A DNA stretch of 27,774 nt from Erysipelotrichaceae bacterium (GTDB lineage Bacteria > Bacillota_I > Bacilli_A > Erysipelotrichales > Erysipelotrichaceae): the NCBI GenBank assembly GCA_963586925.1, contig CAVAAT010000026.1, positions 1 through 27,774 of the forward strand, read 5' to 3'. Made by a program: the position numbers and the translations under genes. Position 1 is the first letter of the stretch. Every line of letters begins with the position of its first letter. The notes below the pieces were generated by a model. The model did no database searches, was not told the DNA's origin, and was given only the letters and a program-made list of their open reading frames with translations. Positions 17,138 through 25,216 of this stretch are shown here, in pieces.

Positions 17138-19172
17138 ACATTTCCTCCATCTGCAGAGTAACTTTATCTACAAATTCCGATGGTATTTCAACATGATTAT
17201 CTTCTTGTAGATAACTGATAGTTGAAGTACCCATTATCATCTTCATTTCGTAATGATATTTGATCTTTTTAGTGTAATCATAGCCAAAAGGATCTTTATC
17301 ACCTTTAACTTTGATCTTATCTAAAGGACTTAGATAATGATCATATTCACTATAAATCTCGCTTAGAACTTCATCCAAATCCTTCTTATGTTTACTTAAA
17401 ATAAATAACAAATTAGTTGCTTTCTTACCAAAATAGTTGATTATACCATTTAGCCTCATGATAGAGGCATTTTTGGAAAGATAACGACTTGCCAAGATTA
17501 AGCTATCATAGATAGCACTAACTATATTACTGATAGTCTTGTTAAACTTTTTAAATAGTCTTATAAGTAAGTACTTGAATACAAGTAAAGTAACAAATAA
17601 CACAACAACAAATATAATGATAGCTACTAGTGCTAATGATATATATGACCGAACATCTTCTCCATCAATAAAAGCATTTAATGGATAAACACTTACTCCA
17701 AATGAAAACAATAAAATCAGAATAAGAGAGAAAATGATCGTTGGTCTTTTATTCATTCTTTGATCAATCCTAGCTCTGATCTCATTATCAGCCTCATCCA
17801 TTTTCTTACTATAGTCATCGAAGTCTAAAATATCTTGAGGATCAATCTCAGATAATTGTTCTTCTACACTGATGAGTTTATATTCAACATCTTCACATTG
17901 ATATTCTGTAAAATCAGCAATCCTTTCATCATAATAATCCTTTTTTACATAGAAATTATCTTTAACTTTTGTTTTTACTGCTCTTTGAGGTTGCCTCATA
18001 TACTTAATGAACTCTTTATGAATGGAATCAGATTGTTCATTCCAATATTCTTCTTCACTTTCTGGACAATCTTGCGATAAACCAATACGGTCATGTTCAC
18101 AATACAAACCATCCTCACCATATTCTTTATCAATCTCACAAACGATAGTCTCATCTTTTTCAAAAAGAGTCTTAAAATCATTTCTTTTTAGATGAGTTGC
18201 CTTTTTGTTTAACTCTTGTTTTTCTAACGATTCAATACTATTTTTAGCTGATAATAAATCAGAAACAAAATCATCACATTTTTTTAACAAGACATCTTCC
18301 TTTAGTTTTATATCCACTTTGTAGACCTTGTAAGGTTTAATAGCATCATTAGGATATTCATTAGTCGCTAAGATATTGATCAAAGTACAGAAAGGCAGAT
18401 TATTTTTACTGATCCTAATTTTTTCATGATTATATTCAACATCAAATAATAGGAATCTAACATTATGAGGATATAAGTTATTCTCGACAAAGTTTAAATA
18501 CTCATCTTTATGTATTTCACTATGCCAAATACCAATCTCCTCACAGTAAACTGCTCTTTCCGACAATACTGTAACATTCTTAGGCAAGTTTTCGAACAAA
18601 CAATCATTATTTTGAGCGATAATCTCTTGTGTAATTTGACTACCATATTGCACTCTAAAACTATTAGCACTTACTGCTAATCTAGTTGGATCATCTTCCT
18701 TATCCTTTAACTCTTCTCTTATTTCATTATCAGCTAATTCTTCTTCGACTCCAAAAAAATTTACATAAGGCCTCATGAGCCAATTGGTCAATCTGACCAA
18801 CGGCTCATTTGACACTTCATGAATGATTTGTTTGGCATTGTTGTAATAATTGATCACATCGTCAATAGTTTTCAAATCTTCCAATTTTTTTTCAATTTGA
18901 TCATGCATGCTATATAGATCAAAAGGGTTGCCATTGACACATTCAGTAAGAGCGATATTGGCAATGCCGAAAGTATTCAATATTAGCACACGCCAATCTC
19001 TCTTATCAGCGATAGTCTCTCTTAGCTGGGGTACTGCCATATCAATATTTGTTCCTTCCTTATTCCAAGACAAGAAAACAACTTCTTCACTAGAAAATGA
19101 ACTTAGAAAAGCGTTATATTTAGTTTTACAATCATCGATAATCTTCTTATCGCAGATAACTACTGTAAACAT
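17121..19172 (-). CDS. Membrane protein of unknown function (683 aa)
   Basis: It is a long ORF in the operon frame. Two TM helices lie in the C-terminal third (TIIFSLILILLFSFGVSVYPL; ISLALVAIIIFVVVLFVTLLVF). The ~470-aa N-terminal soluble region has no recognisable catalytic motif. The SD is weak (AAAAGAG), and the gene starts 18 nt after the tubulin-like gene's stop. Confidence 0.75.
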   Translation of the reverse strand: MFTVVICDKKIIDDCKTKYNAFLSSFSSEEVVFLSWNKEGTNIDMAVPQLRETIADKRDWRVLILNTFGIANIALTECVNGNPFDLYSMHDQIEKKLEDLKTIDDVINYYNNAKQIIHEVSNEPLVRLTNWLMRPYVNFFGVEEELADNEIREELKDKEDDPTRLAVSANSFRVQYGSQITQEIIAQNNDCLFENLPKNVTVLSERAVYCEEIGIWHSEIHKDEYLNFVENNLYPHNVRFLLFDVEYNHEKIRISKNNLPFCTLINILATNEYPNDAIKPYKVYKVDIKLKEDVLLKKCDDFVSDLLSAKNSIESLEKQELNKKATHLKRNDFKTLFEKDETIVCEIDKEYGEDGLYCEHDRIGLSQDCPESEEEYWNEQSDSIHKEFIKYMRQPQRAVKTKVKDNFYVKKDYYDERIADFTEYQCEDVEYKLISVEEQLSEIDPQDILDFDDYSKKMDEADNEIRARIDQRMNKRPTIIFSLILILLFSFGVSVYPLNAFIDGEDVRSYISLALVAIIIFVVVLFVTLLVFKYLLIRLFKKFNKTISNIVSAIYDSLILASRYLSKNASIMRLNGIINYFGKKATNLLFILSKHKKDLDEVLSEIYSEYDHYLSPLDKIKVKGDKDPFGYDYTKKIKYHYEMKMIMGTSTISYLQEDNHVEIPSEFVDKVTLQMEEMYGQYY

Positions 19173-19190
19173 AGTAACACTCTTTTCTTA

Positions 19191-22100
19191 CTACTGTGAT
19201 TCCTTAACTAAGTTATCAAAATATGCAACATCAGCATTCTTTCTAGATAAATATGATCTAATGTTATCTTTAATAGCATCCAAAGTATCCCAGCCAGCAT
19301 TTTTCAAGATTTCTACTTTTTCATAATTATCTTGAAGAATCTTATATTGCTCCCCTGATACTTTAACCCACAGAACTTCAGAATCGTTTTTCTTTTCAAC
19401 AGTAGAGATCTCTCTCTTTAACACATACATTAATGCCCATACCATTGTTTTTAATTCATTAGAATCCTTACTCTTTGTAGGTAATGAACCGTAATATAGC
19501 ATTGGTAGTTCAAACACTGACATCTGTTCTGTATCATTAGCATCTTCAACTATTTCACTTCTCTTCATATGTGTCATTTCTGTAAAGAATTTGGTACTAT
19601 CATATTTAGTAGGCTTTGCTGCATCTTTTGAACGGAAACCTGAGGCAATATTATGAATGTCATTAACACGTTTTCTATCAAAATATAATGACTCTAATAC
19701 TTCATATAACTTGTTGCAAGTATTACCATCAGAAGTTAATAGGAAATCATTCTTATTATCGCCATCATAACAATAAGCCTTATCATTAACATTGTGTATT
19801 GATTTAGGCATTAACTTAACTGCTTTATAAATGAAGCTATAGAAGAATGCTTCGTGAATATGACCCATTAACATCTTTTGGAAATCAAGGTTCATTTCTG
19901 GCATTACCGAAATCGAATTCCATTTTTTATCAATATGTGGAGTAATAACTGGATTTAATGTTGAATCTGGCCCAATATCTTCCATATATTTCTGATAATT
20001 TTTGAAATATTCACCTGAATCTTCTGAATATAATCTTCCATCAGATTCTGGAGTAACATATTTTAAGGCACTAATATCATCAGGAGTTAGACCATAATTT
20101 GATCTAAAACAATGGATCTCATATTTAGAAATAGAAGAAGTTTTATTTTCCTTATCTAAATAATCTTTGAAATCTGAAATATTGATGTTAGGATCATCAT
20201 CGTTAACACCTGCACCATAAGACATTTCAGAAACTTCTCTATCTTCTTTGATGTTAGCAATTGAAAGCATAGGAGCAGCTAATGTCCTTAGTTCTTTTAA
20301 GCTATCATTGATATACTGATTTCTAATATTTCTATCATTAGCATTCTTAATGATAACTTCTTTTTGATCTTCATCTTTTTCTTCAGAAGTTTTGATCATT
20401 TGATTTATCTCAAATTCATATTTTAAACCATGTAAGATATCAAGATTGATCTTATCATCACAGCTATTAGAAACTTCCTTCTTATAGTCTTCTATTATAA
20501 CATCGTTAAAAATATCTTTATATGCTTCTAACAGTGAAGGATTTCCATCTTTCTTTTTAGATATCTCAGCATTCTCTTTAAATGCTGTAAATAAATCGGC
20601 AAACATCCGCGAATTATCAGCTGTACTAGTCTGTAGTTCAACAACTTTATTTAACATCTTTTCGCTCGAAAGTATATTTTTAACACAATCTCCTTTTTTA
20701 TATTCAATCTCGCCAACCAATTCTTTTTTTCTCTTCTCAATTACCGGGATTTTGCTTTCAAATGAATTATAAAACTTCTCAATTTCTTTGATCATAGGAT
20801 TGACATATTTTAATCCTTCTTCACATACTTTTCTCTTTACTATTGCTTCAGATCTTTCGTTGACTACTTTAAACAATTTTTCTAATAGTTTTTGTGCACG
20901 ATTACTACAATTATGATCCACTAATTTAACCCAGAAATTAGCATTTTCACATTCACGCACCATCTGACTAAGATTTATCTCCTTTTGACCATTTCCCTTA
21001 ACTTGAAATGATTTGGTTTTATTTTTATCATCATCTTTTCCTGCATAAATTTCATTGTACTTTTTTATATACTCATCATCGCCAGAAGATGTGCTATTCA
21101 CTTCATCATCCATTAAATTTCTTAATTTATAAAGAACTGCACGAAGTGCATTTGGATGCATAATGTTATCCGAACCTATAGAAACCAAATTCTCAAATGA
21201 ATAATTTCCTATTTCCAAATTTTGTGAGAATGTACCAGTGGAAGCCATTGCCTTTTTAATAAAGTTTTTTGACAACTCTTTGATCTTTTCATTCTTTTGA
21301 TTCATTGCATGAATTTCTTCAATTCTCTTCATTTGATTGCTAATTGGAATCTTCTTTGTTTTAACGTTATTAATATCATCGCTAGTCAGTTGAGAATCTT
21401 GTAGAATTAATGACATTAATTCCTTCTTCAAATTGATAATAAATTGCTCGGCAATCTTCTCAACTTTGTTTGAAAAAATATCATTTTCCGATTGATCATC
21501 CACGTATTTTCCGTATTTTAAACTAATACTTTTCTGAATCTCTACTCCAAAATCTGAAGTAGACGAGTCTAATCCACTGATATAAACTTCACTTAACTTT
21601 GGCTGCTCATTTCTACTGCCATTTTCATACTCTTTTAATTGCTGTTCATATTCTTTATCCCAAGCAACCCACGTATTCTTAACTAACTCTTCATTATCAA
21701 CATTTTTAACATTTCTAACACCTAAAATATTCTTTTCAGCCCAGCAATAAGCTATATAGTCCCGAATCTGTTCATAAGGATACCTTAAAACAGCTGCCCC
21801 AACTGAGCCAAATCTACTTCTTCCTAATAACTTAGGGTCAATGAATGTTTTAATGACGTTATCTTCTTGAGAAGATGCCTTTTTAGATAAAATACTGATG
21901 TTCTGTTCATAGATACATTGAGATACTGTCTTTTCATATTGAGACAAAGATTTCATAGTCTTTTGATTGTTATCATTCTTCTCAATCAAAAAGCAAAAAT
22001 CAAATGGTAAGTTGTCAATATTTCTATTTGTGCCATCAGTATTAGGAACACTTATACTTAAACCTTTGTATCTTTTTAATTCATCTGTAGTTTCAAAAAA

Positions 22101-22784
22101 ACCCGATCCTTTCATCATGAAAGCATTGATCTCTCTTAACGTAGCATAGCCATTTCTTTCTTGAGAGGCCATTTCACTTTCTGATTTTATCTTGGTCCTC
22201 ATTACTCCTGGCATAATAAAGAAACCTCGAATAATAGATGAAGATTCAGGATAATTTCTATTGATATAGTCTCTGATCAACATTGATACCTCTAAAGCAA
22301 TGCCTGAACCAGTACCACCTGTTGCAGTAGAAGCAATGACCACTTTAATAGCTCTTTGATGATCATTCCCATCTTTCAAATACAACTCGTTTATTGCATC
22401 ATATAAAGATTTAATTTTATTTTGTTTGATAGTTGCATTTAAAGCTAATCTAGATATTGCCCTAACTTGACCCGCACCCTCAGAAACTGTTTTATAATCT
22501 AAGATTCTATTATTAGGGAACCAATTATTTTTTGCTTCCTTATCATAATTCAAGTACTCTTTTATCTTTCTTGTTGATGATGTTTGAACAGCAGTTATTG
22601 GCGTTTCGCTATTTAGTCTAGATATATCATTAGTATCAGTATCCAAAACAACAAAACGCATATTGTTCTTATCATCATTCTTACATAAATCTGCTACACC
22701 TTTGATAATTCTGCCACCAATTCCTCCAACTCCAACAAATAATGTTGGAACTATCTTATTTGACTGTAACTTTTCCTTTTCCAT
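19191..22784 (-). CDS. Giant tubulin/FtsZ-superfamily GTPase-like protein (Tubulin_2-type N-terminal domain plus ~950-aa uncharacterised extension)
   Basis: 1197 aa. The N-terminal ~230 aa carry the FtsZ/tubulin nucleotide-binding loops in the correct order: T1 LFVGVGGIGGRII (aa 15-27), VVLDTD (aa 45-50), T3 SEGAGQVRAISRLA (aa 101-114), and T4 signature ATGGTGSG (aa 154-161). GGTGSG was verified at nt 22302-22319. A GGAG SD precedes it. Confidence 0.8.
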   Translation of the reverse strand: MEKEKLQSNKIVPTLFVGVGGIGGRIIKGVADLCKNDDKNNMRFVVLDTDTNDISRLNSETPITAVQTSSTRKIKEYLNYDKEAKNNWFPNNRILDYKTVSEGAGQVRAISRLALNATIKQNKIKSLYDAINELYLKDGNDHQRAIKVVIASTATGGTGSGIALEVSMLIRDYINRNYPESSSIIRGFFIMPGVMRTKIKSESEMASQERNGYATLREINAFMMKGSGFFETTDELKRYKGLSISVPNTDGTNRNIDNLPFDFCFLIEKNDNNQKTMKSLSQYEKTVSQCIYEQNISILSKKASSQEDNVIKTFIDPKLLGRSRFGSVGAAVLRYPYEQIRDYIAYCWAEKNILGVRNVKNVDNEELVKNTWVAWDKEYEQQLKEYENGSRNEQPKLSEVYISGLDSSTSDFGVEIQKSISLKYGKYVDDQSENDIFSNKVEKIAEQFIINLKKELMSLILQDSQLTSDDINNVKTKKIPISNQMKRIEEIHAMNQKNEKIKELSKNFIKKAMASTGTFSQNLEIGNYSFENLVSIGSDNIMHPNALRAVLYKLRNLMDDEVNSTSSGDDEYIKKYNEIYAGKDDDKNKTKSFQVKGNGQKEINLSQMVRECENANFWVKLVDHNCSNRAQKLLEKLFKVVNERSEAIVKRKVCEEGLKYVNPMIKEIEKFYNSFESKIPVIEKRKKELVGEIEYKKGDCVKNILSSEKMLNKVVELQTSTADNSRMFADLFTAFKENAEISKKKDGNPSLLEAYKDIFNDVIIEDYKKEVSNSCDDKINLDILHGLKYEFEINQMIKTSEEKDEDQKEVIIKNANDRNIRNQYINDSLKELRTLAAPMLSIANIKEDREVSEMSYGAGVNDDDPNINISDFKDYLDKENKTSSISKYEIHCFRSNYGLTPDDISALKYVTPESDGRLYSEDSGEYFKNYQKYMEDIGPDSTLNPVITPHIDKKWNSISVMPEMNLDFQKMLMGHIHEAFFYSFIYKAVKLMPKSIHNVNDKAYCYDGDNKNDFLLTSDGNTCNKLYEVLESLYFDRKRVNDIHNIASGFRSKDAAKPTKYDSTKFFTEMTHMKRSEIVEDANDTEQMSVFELPMLYYGSLPTKSKDSNELKTMVWALMYVLKREISTVEKKNDSEVLWVKVSGEQYKILQDNYEKVEILKNAGWDTLDAIKDNIRSYLSRKNADVAYFDNLVKESQ

Positions 22785-22805
22785 TTTTTTATCTCCATTT
22801 CTTTA

Positions 22806-25043
22806 TTATCTTTCGTATTTTATTGTTCCTTTATGTCTACCCTTATTATCCTTAAAGATAACCTCGAATCCATCTCCAATTTCAAATGATGCCTCATTAA
22901 TCTTTGTACCATCACTATTTACTAATCCAGAAACTCTTTTAACAAATCTTTCCCCATCGAATATCACTTCGGTAATATCCGATGCAACATTTATATTGAA
23001 TATCTTTGCTTTAGCATAAGAAGTCTTACGTTCACTAAATTTAGTAATTTTCTCAGCGTAACATGTTATTTTTCCGCTTTGATAAGGGAATAGGTCCATG
23101 ATCTGTCCTCTCTTGAAATTGTATCTTCCATATCCGTTTCTGTCATCCTCCATACCCAAAAATAAAGGGAATGCTTTCATATTCATCAATAATAATATTA
23201 ACAACAATAGTAACAGTAATAACAATCCTAATGCCGCCCACCTTGCCCATTTAGGATAGAACTGTATAGTGAACTCTTCACTATCACCATGTCCATAAAG
23301 GACTTGGCCATCACCATTATGTAAATAATTTGCTTTAGCATATATAGTGTTCTTACCTTTTGTTATTTCATCAGCATTTACTTCTTTACCTAAATATATA
23401 TTTACCTTTGATTCGCCATATACTTTTTCAATTGTATAAGGTATATCTTTATCAAAACTTATATTTAATTCTGTTCCTTCTAGTTGATAATCCGTCAAAC
23501 TCTTTCCATCTATTGTTAGAGTTGCTACAAATGGTTTCCAAGAATCTTTTTTACTTAGTAAGAACCAGTTATCTTCTTGTTCAGTATCTAAATGAACATC
23601 AACAGTTGGATAGCTTATTGTGATCGTATAGTCTTCTTTTCTATTCTCTGTTGTTATTTGATAATCATTTAAATAAGTAGCTTTAACTTTCAAGAAAATT
23701 GAGTTATTTGGTTCTAATGTAACTCTATCTCCATTACTTACTTCATGGAATATGCCATCATCAAATTCATATCCACCAACAAATGCCACAGGCTTTAATA
23801 ACGCCGAATTCGTAACATCTTCACCAGTTACAGAATCGATCAAGTAATAATTCAAGATGTAATCTCCTGGATATAGTTTCTCATTTCTTCCAGCTACATC
23901 TAATACTGTCCCATCCTCATCCGAAAAGGTTAACATAATATCGATATTTGGTGTATAGAAGAATAGTATCGACTCTGCATCTTCATAAGAAATCGTATAA
24001 GTTCCTGCATCACATTCACCAAATGTCACAACTTGCCCTGACAAAGTGGAATCAACTGGTGCATCAGGATAGTTAGCACTATTGATCGTACTATATTTGA
24101 TCTGCCCACTATCTGATAATATCTCGACATCTTTGCCTTCTTTATCTTTCATACCATTGATCTTAGCATTTTCACCTTGAACGAATACGATGAGATTACT
24201 CATGGAAATATCTAAAGTTAGTTGATCACCATTTAAGCGATCACTAGGCAATTGATCCCTTTGAAACATCATGTTACATATTTCAATGATATCTAACTTT
24301 AAATTTTCACTTGAATTAGACTTTTTAGTGTAGAAATTATCTGATGCATAACTACTTAAGTCAGCTGCTTCACCAATACCGAGATATACAACTTTAATAT
24401 CATCGCTTGCCAATGTTGCCAACTTTTGTCCTAATTCGCTAGTACCTAAATCATCAAATTCCCCATCAGTCAGTACTAACAACCATTTTTGTGGAGCAGT
24501 AGATGTAGTAAGACTACTGTATGCCTTTTCAACTGTACTATATGGTGTGCTCCAAGCCCTTATTGTAAATAAGTTATGTATCTTTTCAATATCACTCATA
24601 CTGCTTATCAAAATTGGATCAGTACTTCCAGCACTTTCCTCAGTAGGCTTACTACCATCAGTAGTAACTGCCCACATTGGATAAATCCTTAATTCATCAC
24701 CAGGTACCGTTCCTCTTTGCTCGTAATTTAACATTGATGCAAATATTTCCATTGCATACTTTGCACGACACCAACCTTGAGCATTGTAATCAGAATACAT
24801 TGAACCCGAATTATCAAAGACAACCGCAATGTCATAATTTTCCACATAATGAACCAATTCTTTAGAATAATGAGTTTCCTCATATTGACCTTGACTATCT
24901 TTATTAGAGTCAACATCAACTATGGTATTATTATCCACTATGGTTTGATCATCTATTTCTGTTTTCTTCTTACAACCACCAAAAGACATAAGCAAGAAAA
25001 CAGCTAATAGAATAATGAGTAATTTCTTTATACGTATCCTCAT
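22806..25043 (-). CDS. Lipoprotein-anchored, single-pass membrane vWA-domain protein (extracytoplasmic vWA plus beta-rich region, TM helix, 120-aa cytoplasmic tail)
   Basis: 745 aa. The signal peptide and lipobox are LLAVFLLMSFGGC. The vWA domain has MIDAS DNSGS (aa 77-81, verified at nt 24801-24815), later WSTPYS and LLVLTDGEFDD. A long beta-rich region follows. The poly-Leu TM helix is WAALGLLLLLLLLLILLLM (about aa 600-625), followed by a 120-aa C-terminal tail. A GGGGGAG SD precedes it. Confidence 0.85.
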   Translation of the reverse strand: MRIRIKKLLIILLAVFLLMSFGGCKKKTEIDDQTIVDNNTIVDVDSNKDSQGQYEETHYSKELVHYVENYDIAVVFDNSGSMYSDYNAQGWCRAKYAMEIFASMLNYEQRGTVPGDELRIYPMWAVTTDGSKPTEESAGSTDPILISSMSDIEKIHNLFTIRAWSTPYSTVEKAYSSLTTSTAPQKWLLVLTDGEFDDLGTSELGQKLATLASDDIKVVYLGIGEAADLSSYASDNFYTKKSNSSENLKLDIIEICNMMFQRDQLPSDRLNGDQLTLDISMSNLIVFVQGENAKINGMKDKEGKDVEILSDSGQIKYSTINSANYPDAPVDSTLSGQVVTFGECDAGTYTISYEDAESILFFYTPNIDIMLTFSDEDGTVLDVAGRNEKLYPGDYILNYYLIDSVTGEDVTNSALLKPVAFVGGYEFDDGIFHEVSNGDRVTLEPNNSIFLKVKATYLNDYQITTENRKEDYTITISYPTVDVHLDTEQEDNWFLLSKKDSWKPFVATLTIDGKSLTDYQLEGTELNISFDKDIPYTIEKVYGESKVNIYLGKEVNADEITKGKNTIYAKANYLHNGDGQVLYGHGDSEEFTIQFYPKWARWAALGLLLLLLLLLILLLMNMKAFPLFLGMEDDRNGYGRYNFKRGQIMDLFPYQSGKITCYAEKITKFSERKTSYAKAKIFNINVASDITEVIFDGERFVKRVSGLVNSDGTKINEASFEIGDGFEVIFKDNKGRHKGTIKYER

Positions 25044-25070
25044 AATAATATTCTCCCCCTATATTGCAAA

Positions 25071-25118
25071 ACAAATGTGATCACTTGTCTGTATATCATC
25101 TATTAAATATTTAAGCAA
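25071..25118 (-). promoter_or_regulatory. Candidate sigma-A-type promoter (TTGCTT-N17-TATACA) and palindromic operator-like site upstream of the vWA gene
   Basis: On the minus strand, TTGCTT is at 25113-25118, followed by a 17-nt spacer and TATACA at 25090-25095. Directly downstream is ACAAGTGATCACATTTGT (25071-25088), which contains the perfect 8-bp palindrome GTGATCAC (25077-25084). Confidence 0.3.
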
Positions 25119-25216
25119 TCTAACAAGTCGTATGCTTCTTTCATACTTTTATAAGACAATCTAATAAGCCCTTCTATCGCAAGTTTTTCATCCGACCATT
25201 CAGAATATCTTTGCTA
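25103..25216 (-). other. In-frame, protein-level-conserved continuation of the upstream ORF beyond two tandem TAG codons
   Basis: After ...WPYAGAT the frame reads TAG (25217-25219), TAG (25214-25216), then QRYSEWSDEKLAIEGLIRLSYKSMKEAYDLLDCLNI and TAA (25103-25105). This is 13/25 identical to the C-terminal tail of the decayed paralog (AEEKELVNLLIEVSCKSYKTAYDLL). Confidence 0.6.

Noticed and set aside
22806-23168. FHA-like domain in the 120-aa cytoplasmic tail of the vWA protein (GR ... SYAKAKI ... VNSDGTKINEASFEIGDGFEVIF)
   Set aside because: The pattern is only loosely FHA-like. The diagnostic S-x-x-H is not present, and the NG turn is represented only by DG. It is worth a structure prediction but not supportable as a call.
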